Shown here: positions 26,701-41,533 of the stretch, piece after piece
How the letters are laid out: each line of letters starts with the position of its first letter
Position numbering within the stretch: position 1 is the first letter of the stretch
Origin: Auanema rhodensis
Lineage: Eukaryota; Animalia; Nematoda
Direction of reading: 5' to 3'
NCBI GenBank assembly: GCA_964057225.1
Contig: OZ059897.1
Span: forward strand, 1 to 64,000
Length of the DNA stretch: 64,000 nucleotides
Notes under the pieces: model-generated
What the model was told of the DNA's origin: nothing
The model's input: only the letters and a program-made list of their open reading frames with translations
Databases searched by the model: none
Program-made: the position numbers and the translations under genes

Positions 26701-29700
26701 GACATGGGAAATTTAATTTTGAAAACCGCATCTCTTTATCTTTCACGTGAAGCGAGTTACATACCAAGTGCACATCACGTGTACATTTAATTAGCATAAA
26801 TTAAAGTTCACGTAAATTTCAAAGTCATGGTTACCATGCACCAATATCAATAAAAATTTGTTTTTAGACTAATATGGACATGGGGAATCTAATTTTGAAA
26901 ACCGCATCTCTTTATCTTTCACGTGAAGCTAGTTACATACCAAGGGCACATCACGTGTACATTTAATTAGCATAAATTAAAGTTCACGTAAATTTCAAAG
27001 TCATGGTTACCATGCACCAATATCAATAAAAATTTGTTTTTAGACTAATATGGACATGGGGAATCTAATTTTGAAAACCGCATCTCTTTATCTTTCACGT
27101 GAAGCGAGTTACATACCAAGTGCACATCACGTGTACTTTTAATTAGCATAAATTAAAGTTCACGTAAATTTCAAAGTCATGGTTACCATGAACCAATATC
27201 AATAAAAATTTGTTTTTAGACTAATATGGACATGGGGAATCTAATTTTGAAAACCGCATCTCTTTATCTTTCACGTGAAGCGAGTTACATACCAAGTGCA
27301 CATCACGTGTACTTTTAATAAGCATAAATTAAAGTTCACGTAAATTTCAAAGTCATGGTTACCATGAACCAATATCAATATAAATTTGTTTTTAGACTAA
27401 TATGGACATAGGGAATCTAATTTTGAAAACCGCATCTCTTCATCTTTCACGTGAAGCGAGTTACATACCAAGTGCACATCACGTGTACATTTAATTAGCA
27501 TAAATTGAAGTTCACGTAAATTTCAAAGTCATGGTTACCATGAACCAATATCAATAAAAATTTGTTTTTAGACTAATATGGACATGGGGAATCTAATTTT
27601 GAAAACCGCATCTCTTTATCTTTCACGTGAAGCGAGTTACATACCAAGTGCACATCACGTGTACATTTAATTAGCATAAATTAAAGTTCACGTAAATTTC
27701 AAAGTCATGGTTACCATGAACCAATATCAATAGAAATTTGTTTTTAGACTAATATGGACATGGGGAATCTAATTTTGAAAACCGCATCTCTTTATCTTTC
27801 ACGTGAAGCGAGTTAAATACCAAGTGCACATCACGTGTACATTTAATTAGCATAAATTAAAGTTCACGTAAATTTCAAAGTCATGGTTACCATGAACCAA
27901 TATCAATAAAAATTTGTTTTTAGACTAATATGGACATAGGGAATCTAATTTTGAAAACCGCATCTCTTCATCTTTCACGTGAAGCGAGTTACATACCAAG
28001 TGCACATCACGTGTACATTTAATTAGCATAAATTGAAGTTCACGTAAATTTCAAAGTCATGGTTACCATGAACCAATATCAATAAAAATTTGTTTTTAGA
28101 CTAATATGGACATGGGGAATCTAATTTTGAAAACCGCATCTCTTTATCTTTCACGTGAAGCGAGTTACATACCAAGTGCACATCACGTGTACATTTAATT
28201 AGCATAAATTAAAGTTCACGTAAATTTCAAAGTCATGGTTACCATGCACCAATATCAATAAAAATTTGTTTTTAGACTAATATGGACATGGGGAATCTAA
28301 TTTTGAAAACCGCATCTCTTTATCTTTCACGTGAAGCGAGTTACATACCAAGTGCACATCACGTGTACATTTAATTAGCATAAATTAAAGTTCACGTAAA
28401 TTTCAAAGTCATGGTTACCATGCACCAATATCAATAAAAATTTGTTTTTAGACTAATATGGACATGGGAAATTTAATTTTGAAAACCGCATCTCTTTATC
28501 TTTCACGTGAAGCGAGTTACTGACCAAGTGCACATCACGTGTACATTTAATTAGCATAAATTAAAGTTCACGTAAATTTCAAAGTCATGGTTACCATGCA
28601 CCAATATCAATAAAAATTTGTTTTTAGACTAATATGGACATGGGGAATCTAATTTTGAAAACCGCATCTCTTTATCTTTCACGTGAAGCGAGTTACATAC
28701 CAAGTGCACATCACGTGTACATTTAATTAGCATAAATTAAAGTTCACGTAAATTTCAAAGTCATGGTTACCATGCACCAATATCAATAAAAATCTGTTTT
28801 TAGACTAATATGGACATGGGGAATCTAATTTTGGAAACCGCATCTCTTTATCTTTCACGTGAAGCGAGTTACATACCAAGTGCACATCACGTGTACATTT
28901 AATTAGCATAAATTGAAGTTCACGTAAATTTCAAAGTCATGGTTACCATGCACCAATATCAATAAAAATTTGTTTTTAGACTAATATGGACATGGGGAAT
29001 CTAATTTTGAAAACCGCATCTCTTTATCTTTCACGTGAAGCGAGTTACACACCAAGTGCACATCACGTGTACATTTAATTAGCATAAATTAAAGTACACG
29101 TAAATTTCAAAGTCATGGTTACCATGAACCAATATCAATAAAAATTTGTTTTTAGACTAATATGGACATGGGGAATCTAATTTTGAAAACCGCATCTCTT
29201 TATCTTTCACGTGAAGCGAGTTACATACCAAGTGCACATCACGTGCACATTTAATTAGCATAAATTAAAGTTCACGTAAATTTCAAAGTCATGGTTACCA
29301 TGAACCAATATCAATAAAAATTTGTTTTTAGACTAATATGGACATGGGGAATCTAATTTTGAAAACCGCATCTCTTTATCTTTCACGTGAAGCGAGTTAC
29401 ATACCAAGTGCACATCACGTGTACATTTAATTAGCATAAATTGAAGTTCACGTAAATTTCAAAGTCATGGTTACCATGAACCAATATCAATAAAAATTTG
29501 TTTTTAGACTAATATGGACATGGAGAATCTAATTTTGAAAACCGCATCTCTTTATCTTTCACGTGAAGCGAGTTACATACCAAGTGCACATCACGTGTAC
29601 ATTTAATTAGCATAAATTGAAGTTCACGTAAATTTCAAAGTCATGGTTACCATGAACCAATATCAATAGAAATTTGTTTTTAGACTAATATGGACATGGG

Positions 29701-32700
29701 GAATCTAATTTTGAAAACCGCATCTCTTTATCTTTCACGTGAAGCGAGTTAAATACCAAGTGCACATCACGTGTACATTTAATTAGCATAAATTAAAGTT
29801 CACGTAAATTTCAAAGTCATGGTTACCATGAACCAATATCAATAAAAATTTGTTTTTAGACTAATATGGACATAGGGAATCTAATTTTGAAAACCGCATC
29901 TCTTCATCTTTCACGTGAAGCGAGTTACATACCAAGTGCACATCACGTGTACATTTAATTAGCATAAATTGAAGTTCACGTAAATTTCAAAGTCATGGTT
30001 ACCATGAACCAATATCAATAAAAATTTGTTTTTAGACTAATATGGACATGGGGAATCTAATTTTGAAAACCGCATCTCTTTATCTTTCACGTGAAGCGAG
30101 TTACATACCAAGTGCACATCACGTGTACATTTAATTAGCATAAATTAAAGTTCACGTAAATTTCAAAGTCATGGTTACCATGCACCAATATCAATAAAAA
30201 TTTGTTTTTAGACTAATATGGACATGGGGAATCTAATTTTGAAAACCGCATCTCTTTATCTTTCACGTGAAGCGAGTTACATACCAAGTGCACATCACGT
30301 GTACATTTAATTAGCATAAATTAAAGTTCACGTAAATTTCAAAGTCATGGTTACCATGCACCAATATCAATAAAAATTTGTTTTTAGACTAATATGGACA
30401 TGGGAAATTTAATTTTGAAAACCGCATCTCTTTATCTTTCACGTGAAGCGAGTTACTGACCAAGTGCACATCACGTGTACATTTAATTAGCATAAATTAA
30501 AGTTCACGTAAATTTCAAAGTCATGGTTACCATGCACCAATATCAATAAAAATTTGTTTTTAGACTAATATGGACATGGGGAATCTAATTTTGAAAACCG
30601 CATCTCTTTATCTTTCACGTGAAGCGAGTTACATACCAAGTGCACATCACGTGTACATTTAATTAGCATAAATTAAAGTTCACGTAAATTTCAAAGTCAT
30701 GGTTACCATGCACCAATATCAATAAAAATCTGTTTTTAGACTAATATGGACATGGGGAATCTAATTTTGGAAACCGCATCTCTTTATCTTTCACGTGAAG
30801 CGAGTTACATACCAAGTGCACATCACGTGTACATTTAATTAGCATAAATTGAAGTTCACGTAAATTTCAAAGTCATGGTTACCATGAACCAATATCAATA
30901 AAAATTTGTTTTTAGACTAATATGGACATGGGGAATCTAATTTTGAAAACCGCATCTCTTTATCTTTCACGTGAAGCGAGTTACATACCAAGTGCACATC
31001 ACGTGTACATTTAATTAGCATAAATTAAAGTTCACGTAAATTTCAAAGTCATGGTTACCATGAACCAATATCAATAAAAATTTGTTTAGACTAATATGGA
31101 CATGGGGAATCTAATTTTGAAAACCGCATCTCTTTATCTTTCACGTGAAGCGAGTTACATACCAAGTGCACATCACGTGTACATTTAATTAGCATAAATT
31201 AAAGTTCACGTAAATTTCAAAGTCATGGTTACCATGCACCAATATCAATAAAAATTTGTTTTTAGACTAATATGGACATGGGAAATTTAATTTTGAAAAC
31301 CGCATCTCTTTATCTTTCACGTGAAGCGAGTTACATACCAAGTGCACATCACGTGTACATTTAATTAGCATAAATTAAAGTTCACGTAAATTTCAAAGTC
31401 ATGGTTACCATGCACCAATATCAATAAAAATTTGTTTTTAGACTAATATGGACATGGGGAATCTAATTTTGAAAACCGCATCTCTTTATCTTTCACGTGA
31501 AGCTAGTTACATACCAAGGGCACATCACGTGTACATTTAATTAGCATAAATTAAAGTTCACGTAAATTTCAAAGTCATGGTTACCATGCACCAATATCAA
31601 TAAAAATTTGTTTTTAGACTAATATGGACATGGGGAATCTAATTTTGAAAACCGCATCTCTTTATCTTTCACGTGAAGCGAGTTACATACCAAGTGCACA
31701 TCACGTGTACTTTTAATTAGCATAAATTAAAGTTCACGTAAATTTCAAAGTCATGGTTACCATGAACCAATATCAATAAAAATTTGTTTTTAGACTAATA
31801 TGGACATGGGGAATCTAATTTTGAAAACCGCATCTCTTTATCTTTCACGTGAAGCGAGTTACATACCAAGTGCACATCACGTGTACTTTTAATAAGCATA
31901 AATTAAAGTTCACGTAAATTTCAAAGTCATGGTTACCATGAACCAATATCAATATAAATTTGTTTTTAGACTAATATGGACATAGGGAATCTAATTTTGA
32001 AAACCGCATCTCTTCATCTTTCACGTGAAGCGAGTTACATACCAAGTGCACATCACGTGTACATTTAATTAGCATAAATTGAAGTTCACGTAAATTTCAA
32101 AGTCATGGTTACCATGAACCAATATCAATAAAAATTTGTTTTTAGACTAATATGGACATGGGGAATCTAATTTTGAAAACCGCATCTCTTTATCTTTCAC
32201 GTGAAGCGAGTTACATACCAAGTGCACATCACGTGTACATTTAATTAGCATAAATTGAAGTTCACGTAAATTTCAAAGTCATGGTTACCATGAACCAATA
32301 TCAATAAAAATTTGTTTTTAGACTAATATGGACATGGGGAATCTAATTTTGAAAACCGCATCTCTTTATCTTTCACGTGAAGCGAGTTACATACCAAGTG
32401 CACATCACGTGTACAGTTAATTAGCATAAATTAAAGTTCACGTAAATTTCAAAGTCATGGTTACCATGAACCAATATCATTAAAAGTTGTTTTTAGACTA
32501 ATATGGACATGGGGAATCTAATTTTGAAAACCGCATCTCTTTATCTTTCACGTGAAGCGAGTTACATACCGAGTGCACATCACGTGTACATTTAATTAGC
32601 ATAAATTAAAGTTCACGTAAATTTCAAAGTCATGGTTACCATGCACCAATATCAATAAAAATTTGTTTTTAGACTAATATGGACATGGGGAATCTAATTT

Positions 32701-35700
32701 TGAAAACCGCATCTCTTTATCTTTCACGTGAAGCGAGTTACATACCAAGTGCACATCACGTGTACATTTAATTAGCATAAATTAAAGTTCACGTAAATTT
32801 CAAAGTCATGGTTACCATGCACCAATATCAATAAAAATTTGTTTTTAGACTAATATGGACATGGGGAATCTAATTTTGAAAACCGCATCTCTTTATCTTT
32901 CACGTGAAGCGAGTTACATACCAAGTGCACATCACGTGTACATTTAATTAGCATAAATTAAAGTTCACGTAAATTTCAAAGTCATGGCTACCATGCACCA
33001 ATATCATTAAAAGTTGTTTTTAGACTAATATAGACATGGGGAATCTAATTTTGAAAACCGCATCTCTTTATCTTTCACGTGAAGCGAGTTACATACCAAG
33101 TGCACATCACGTGTACATTTAATTAGCATAAATTAAAGTTCACGTAAATTTCAAAGTCATGGTTACCATGAACCAATATCAATAAAAATTTGTTTTTAGA
33201 CTAATATGGACATAGGGAATCTAATTTTGAAAACCGCATCTCTTCATCTTTCACGTGAAGCGAGTTACATACCAAGTGCACATCACGTGTACATTTAATT
33301 AGCATAAATTGAAGTTCACGTAAATTTCAAAGTCATGGTTACCATGAACCAATATCAATAAAAATTTGTTTTTAGACTAATATGGACATGGGGAATCTAA
33401 TTTTGAAAACCGCATCTCTTTATCTTTCACGTGAAGCGAGTTACATACCAAGTGCACATCACGTGTACATTTAATTAGCATAAATTAAAGTTCACGTAAA
33501 TTTCAAAGTCATGGTTACCATGCACCAATATCAATAAAAATTTGTTTTTAGACTAATATGGACATGGGGAATCTAATTTTGAAAACCGCATCTCTTTATC
33601 TTTCACGTGAAGCGAGTTACATACCAAGTGCACATCACGTGTACATTTAATTAGCATAAATTAAAGTTCACGTAAATTTCAAAGTCATGGTTACCATGCA
33701 CCAATATCAATAAAAATTTGTTTTTAGACTAATATGGACATGGGGAATCTAATTTTGAAAACCGCATCTCTTTATCTTTCACGTGAAGCGAGTTACATAC
33801 CAAGTGCACATCACGTGTACATTTAATTAGCATAAATTAAAGTTCACGTAAATTTCAAAGTCATGGTTACCATGCACCAATATCAATAAAAATTTGTTTT
33901 TAGACTAATATGGACATGGGGAATCTAATTTTGAAAACCGCATCTCTTTATCTTTCACGTGAAGCGAGTTACATACCAAGTGCACATCACGTGTATATTT
34001 AATTAGCATAAATTAAAGTTCACGTAAATTTCAAAGTCATGGTTACCATGAACCAATATCAATAAAAATTTGTTTTTAGACTAATATGGACATAGGGAAT
34101 CTAATTTTGAAAACCGGATCTCTTCATCTTTCACGTGAAGCGAGTTACATACCAAGTGCACATCACGTGTACATTTAATTAGCATAAATTGAAGTTCACG
34201 TAAATTTCAAAGTCATGGTTACCATGAACCAATATCAATAAAAATTTGTTTTTAGACTAATATGGACATGGGGAATCTAATTTTGAAAACCGCATCTCTT
34301 TATCTTTCACGTGAAGCGAGTTACATACCAAGTGCACATCACGTGTACATTTAATTAGCATAAATTAAAGTTCACGTAAATTTCAAAGTCATGGTTACCA
34401 TGCACCAATATCAATAAAAATTTGTTTTTAGACTAATATGGACATGGGGAATCTAATTTTGAAAACCGCATCTCTTTATCTTTCACGTGAAGCGAGTTAC
34501 ATACCAAGTGCACATCACGTGTACATTTAATTAGCATAAATTAAAGTTCACGTAAATTTCAAAGTCATGGTTACCATGCACCAATATCAATAAAAATTTG
34601 TTTTTAGACTAATATGGACATGGGGAATCTAATTTTGAAAACCGCATCTCTTTATCTTTCACGTGAAGCGAGTTACATACCAAGGGCACATCACGTGTAC
34701 ATTTAATTAGCATAAATTAAAGTTCACGTAAATTTCAAAGTCATGGTTACCATGCACCAATATCAATAAAAATTTGTTTTTAGACTAATATGGACATGGG
34801 GAATCTAATTTTGAAAACCGCATCTCTTTATCTTTCACGTGAAGCGAGTTACACACCAAGTGCACATCACGTGTACATTTAATTAGCATAAATTAAAGTA
34901 CACGTAAATTTCAAAGTCATGGTTACCATGAACCAATATCAATAAAAATTTGTTTTTAGACTAATATGGACATGGGGAATCTAATTTTGAAAACCGCATC
35001 TCTTTATCTTTCACGTGAAGCGAGTTACATACCAAGTGCACATCACGTGCACATTTAATTAGCATAAATTAAAGTTCACGTAAATTTCAAAGTCATGGTT
35101 ACCATGAACCAATATCAATAAAAATTTGTTTTTAGACTAATATGGACATGGGGAATCTAATTTTGAAAACCGCATCTCTTTATCTTTCACGTGAAGCGAG
35201 TTACATACCAAGTGCACATCACGTGTACATTTAATTAGCATAAATTGAAGTTCACGTAAATTTCAAAGTCATGGTTACCATGAACCAATATCAATAAAAA
35301 TTTGTTTTTAGACTAATATGGACATGGAGAATCTAATTTTGAAAACCGCATCTCTTTATCTTTCACGTGAAGCGAGTTACATACCAAGTGCACATCACGT
35401 GTACATTTAATTAGCATAAATTGAAGTTCACGTAAATTTCAAAGTCATGGTTACCATGAACCAATATCAATAGAAATTTGTTTTTAGACTAATATGGACA
35501 TGGGGAATCTAATTTTGAAAACCGCATCTCTTTATCTTTCACGTGAAGCGAGTTAAATACCAAGTGCACATCACGTGTACATTTAATTAGCATAAATTAA
35601 AGTTCACGTAAATTTCAAAGTCATGGTTACCATGAACCAATATCAATAAAAATTTGTTTTTAGACTAATATGGACATAGGGAATCTAATTTTGAAAACCG

Positions 35701-36884
35701 CATCTCTTCATCTTTCACGTGAAGCGAGTTACATACCAAGTGCACATCACGTGTACATTTAATTAGCATAAATTGAAGTTCACGTAAATTTCAAAGTCAT
35801 GGTTACCATGAACCAATATCAATAAAAATTTGTTTTTAGACTAATATGGACATGGGGAATCTAATTTTGAAAACCGCATCTCTTTATCTTTCACGTGAAG
35901 CGAGTTACATACCAAGTGCACATCACGTGTACATTTAATTAGCATAAATTAAAGTTCACGTAAATTTCAAAGTCATGGTTACCATGCACCAATATCAATA
36001 AAAATTTGTTTTTAGACTAATATGGACATGGGGAATCTAATTTTGAAAACCGCATCTCTTTATCTTTCACGTGAAGCGAGTTACATACCAAGTGCACATC
36101 ACGTGTACATTTAATTAGCATAAATTAAAGTTCACGTAAATTTCAAAGTCATGGTTACCATGCACCAATATCAATAAAAATTTGTTTTTAGACTAATATG
36201 GACATGGGAAATTTAATTTTGAAAACCGCATCTCTTTATCTTTCACGTGAAGCGAGTTACTGACCAAGTGCACATCACGTGTACATTTAATTAGCATAAA
36301 TTAAAGTTCACGTAAATTTCAAAGTCATGGTTACCATGCACCAATATCAATAAAAATTTGTTTTTAGACTAATATGGACATGGGGAATCTAATTTTGAAA
36401 ACCGCATCTCTTTATCTTTCACGTGAAGCGAGTTACATACCAAGTGCACATCACGTGTACATTTAATTAGCATAAATTAAAGTTCACGTAAATTTCAAAG
36501 TCATGGTTACCATGCACCAATATCAATAAAAATCTGTTTTTAGACTAATATGGACATGGGGAATCTAATTTTGGAAACCGCATCTCTTTATCTTTCACGT
36601 GAAGCGAGTTACATACCAAGTGCACATCACGTGTACATTTAATTAGCATAAATTGAAGTTCACGTAAATTTCAAAGTCATGGTTACCATGAACCAATATC
36701 AATAAAAATTTGTTTTTAGACTAATATGGACATGGGGAATCTAATTTTGAAAACCGCATCTCTTTATCTTTCACGTGAAGCGAGTTACATACCAAGTGCA
36801 CATCACGTGTACATTTAATTAGCATAAATTAAAGTTCACGTAAATTTCAAAGTCATGGTTACCATGAACCAATATCAATAAAAA
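20703..36884 (+). repeat. Higher-order repeat: 33-mer (5804 bp), rearranged 26-mer (4574 bp), 33-mer
   Basis: The 2-bp-deletion marker TTTGTTTAGAC lies at 20703, 26507 and 31081. Markers recur 10378 bp apart (GTACAGTT 22038/32416, ACTGACC 25883/36261, plus CCGAGTG, GGCTACC, GTGTATAT, ACCGGATC, TACACACC and AAATCTG). Confidence 0.9.
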
Positions 36885-39800
36885 TTTGTTTTTAGACTAA
36901 TATGGACATGGGGAATCTAATTTTGAAAACCGCATCTCTTTATCTTTCACGTGAAGCGAGTTACATACCAAGTGCACATCACGTGTACATTTAATTAGCA
37001 TAAATTGAAGTTCACGTAAATTTCAAAGTCATGGTTACCATGCACCAATATCAATAAAAATTTGTTTTTAGACTAATATGGACAAGGGAAATTTAATTTT
37101 GAAAACCGCATCTCTTTATCTTTCACGTGAAGCGAGTTACATACCAAGTGCACATCACGTGTACATTTAATTAGCATAAATTAAAGTTCACGTAAATTTC
37201 AAAGTCATGGTTACCATGCACCAATATCAATAAAAATTTGTTTTTAGACTAATATGGACATGAGGAATCTAATTTTGAAAACCGCATCTCTTTATCTTTC
37301 ACGTGAAGCGAGTTACATACCAAGTGCACATCACGTGTACATTTAATTAGCATAAATTAAAGTTCACGTAAATTTCAAAGTCATGGTTACCATGCACCAA
37401 TATCAATAAAAATTTGTTTGTAGACTAATATGGACATGGGGAATCTAATTTTGAAAACCGCATCTCTTTATCTTTCACGTGAAGCGAGTTACATACCAAG
37501 GGCACATCACGTGTACATTTAATTAGCATAAATTAAAGTTCACGTAAATTTCAAAGTCATGGTTACCATGCACCAATATCAATAAAAATTTGTTTTGAGA
37601 CTAATATGGACATGGGGAATCTAATTTTGAAAACCGCATCTCTTTATCTTTCACGTGAAGCGAGTTACATACCAAGTGCACATCACGTGTACATTTAATT
37701 AGCATAAATTAAAGTTCACGTAAATTTCAAGGTCATGGTTACCATGCACCAATATCAATAAAAATTTGTTTTTAGACTAATATGGACATGGGGAATCTAA
37801 TTTTGGAAACCGCATCTCTTTATCTTTCACATGAAGCGAGTTACATACCAAGTGCACATCACGTGTACATTTAATTAGCATAAATTGAAGTTCACGTAAA
37901 TTTCAAAGTCATGGTTACCATGAACCAATATCAATAAAAATTTGTTTTTAGACTAATATGGACATGGGGAATCTAATTTTGAAAACCGCATCTCTTTATC
38001 TTTCACGTGAAGCGAGTTACATACCAAGTGCACATCACGTGTACATTTAATTAGCATAAATTAAAGTTCACGTAAATTTCAAAGTCATGGTTACCATGAA
38101 CCAATATCAATAAAAATTTGTTTTTAGACTAATATGGACATGGGGAATCTAATTTTGGAAACCGCATCTCTTTATCTTTCACGTGAAGCGAGTTACATAC
38201 CAAGTGCACATCACGTGTACATTTAATTAGCATAAATTAAAGTTCACGTAAATTTCAAAGTCATGGTTACCATGAACCAATATCAATAAAAATCTGTTTT
38301 TAGACTAATATGGACATGGGGAATCTAATTTTGGAAACCGCATCTCTTTATCTTTCACGTGAAGCGAGTTACATACCAAGTGCACATCACGTGTACATTT
38401 AATTAGCATAAATTGAAGTTCACGTAAATTTCAAAGTCATGGTTACCATGAACCAATATCAATAAAAATTTGTTTTTAGACTAATATGGACATGGGGAAT
38501 CTAATTTTGAAAACCGCATCTCTTTATCTTGCACGTGAAGCGAGTTACATACCAAGTGCACATCACGTGTACATTTAATTAGCATAAATTAAAGTTCACG
38601 TAAATTTCAAAGTCATGGTTACCATGCACCAATATCAATAAAAATTTCTTTTTGGACTAATATGGACATGGGGAATCTAATTTTGAAAACCGCATCTCTT
38701 TATCTTTCACGTGAAGCGAGTTACATACCAAGGGCACATCACGTGTACATTTAATTAGCATAAATTAAAGTTCACGTAAATTTCAAAGTCATGGTTACCA
38801 TGCACCAATATCAATAAAAATTTGTTTTTAGACTAATATGGACATGGGGAATCTAATTTTGAAAACCGCATCTCTTTATCTTTCACGTGAAGCGAGTTAC
38901 ATACCAAGTGCACATCACGTGTACATTTAATTAGCATAAATTAAAGTTCACGTAAATTTCAAAGTCATGGTTACCATGAACCAATATCAATAAAAATTTG
39001 TTTTTAGACTAATATGGACATGGGGAATCTAATTTTGAAAACCGCATCTCTTTATCTTTCACGTGAAGCGAGTTACATACCAAGTGCACATCACGTGTAC
39101 ATTTAATTAGCATAAATTAAAGTTCACGTAAATTTCAAAGTCATGGTTACCATGCACCAATATCAATAAAAATTTGTTTTTAGACTAATATGGACATGGG
39201 GAATCTAATTTTGGAAACCGCATCTCTTTATCTTTCACGTGAAGCGAGTTGCATACCAAGTGCACATCACGTGTACATTTAATTAGCATAAATTGAAGTT
39301 CACGTAAATTTCAAAGTCATGGTTACCATGAACCAATATCAATAAAAATTTGTTTTTAGACTAATATGGACATGGGGAATCTAATTTTGGAAACCGCATC
39401 TCTTTATCTTTCACGTGAAGCGAGTTACACACCAAGTGCACATCACGTTAACATTTAATTAGCATAAATTAAAGTTCACGTAAATTTCAAAGTCATGGTT
39501 ACCATGAACCAATATCAATAAAAATTTGTTTTTAGACTAATATGGACATGGGGAATCTAATTTTGAAAACCGCATCTCTTTATCTTTCACGTGAAGCGAG
39601 ATACATACCAAGTGCACATCACGTGTACATTTAATTAGCATAAATTAAAGTTCACGTAAATTTCAAAGTCATGGTTACCATGCACCAATATCAATAAAAA
39701 TTTGTTTTTAGACTAATATGGACATGGGAAATTTAATTTTGAAAACCGCATCTCTTTATCTTTCACGTGAAGCGAGTTACATACCAAGTGCACATCACGT

Positions 39801-41346
39801 GTACATTTAATTAGCATAAATTAAAGTTCACGTAAATTTCAAAGTCATGGTTACCATGAACCAATATCAATAAAAATTTGTTTTTAGACTAATATGGACA
39901 TGGGGAATCTAATTTTGAAAACCGCATCTCTTTATCTTTCACGTGAAGCGAGATACATACCAAGTGCACATCACGTGTACATTTAATTAGCATAAATTAA
40001 AGTTCACGTAAATTTCAAAGTCATGGTTACCATGCACCAATATCAATAAAAATTTGTTTTTAGACTAATATGGACATGGGGAATCTAATTTTGAAAACCG
40101 CATCTCTTTATCTTTCACGTGAAGCGAGTTACATACCAAGTGCACATCACGTGTACATTTAATTAGCATAAATTAAAGTTCACGTAAATTTCAAAGTCAT
40201 GGTTACCATGAACCAATATCAATAAAAATTTGTTTTTAGACTAATATGGACATGGGGAATCTAATTTTGAAAACCGCATCTCTTTATCTTTCACGTGAAG
40301 CGAGTTACATACCAAGTGCACATCACGTGTACATTTAATTAGCATAAATTAAAGTTCACGTAAATTTCAAAGTCATGGTTACCATGCACAAATATCAATA
40401 AAAATTTGTTTTTAGACTAATATGGACATGGGGAATCTAATTTTGAAAACCGCATCTCTTTATCTTTCACGTGAAGCGAGTTACATACCAAGTGCACATC
40501 ACGTGTACATTTAATTAGCATAAATTGAAGTTCACGTAAATTTCAAAGTCATGGTTACCATGAACCAATATCAATAAAAATTTGTTTTTAGACTAATATG
40601 GACATGGGGAATCTAATTTTGAAAACCGCATCTCTTTATCTTGCACGTGAAGCGAGTTACATACCAAGTGCACATCACGTGTACATTTAATTAGCATAAA
40701 TTAAAGTTCACGTAAATTTCAAAGTCATGGTTACCATGCACCAATATCAATAAAAATTTCTTTTTGGACTAATATGGACATGGGGAATCTAATTTTGAAA
40801 ACCGCATCTCTTTATCTTTCACGTGAAGCGAGTTACATACCAAGTGCACATCACGTGTACATTTAATTAGCATAAATTAAAGTTCACGTAAATTTCAAAG
40901 TCATGGTTACGATGCACCAATATCAATAAAAATTTGTTTTTAGACTAATATGGACATGGGGAATCTAATTTTGAAAACCGCATCTCTTTATCTTTCACGT
41001 GAAGCGAGTTACATACCAAGGGCACATCACGTGTACATTTAATTAGCATAAATTAAAGTTCACGTAAATTTCAAAGTCATGGTTACCATGCACCAATATC
41101 AATAAAAATTTGTTTTTAGACTAATATGGACATGGGGAATCTAATTTTGAAAACCGCATCTCTTTATCTTTCACGTGAAGCGAGTTACATACCAAGTGCA
41201 CATCACGTGTACATTTAATTAGCATAAATTAAAGTTCACGTAAATTTCAAAGTCATGGTTACCATGAACCAATATCAATAAAAATTTGTTTTTAGACTAA
41301 TATGGACATGGGGAATCTAATTTTGAAAACCGCATCTCTTTATCTT

Positions 41347-41533
41347 TCACGTGAAGCGAGTTACATACCAAGTGCACATCACGTGTACATTTAATTAGCA
41401 TAAATTAAAGTTATGGTTACCATGAACCAATATCAATAAAAATGGTTACCATGAACCAATATCAATAAAAATTTGTTTTTAGACTAATATGGACATGGGG
41501 AATCTAATTTTGAAAACCGCATCTCTTTATCTT
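41347..41533 (+). repeat. Rearranged 187-bp monomer, copy 1 (18-bp deletion plus 29-bp tandem duplication)
   Basis: CACGTAAATTTCAAAGTC is missing after AAAGTT. ATGGTTACCATGAACCAATATCAATAAAA is duplicated at 41413-41441 and 41442-41470. Confidence 0.95.
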
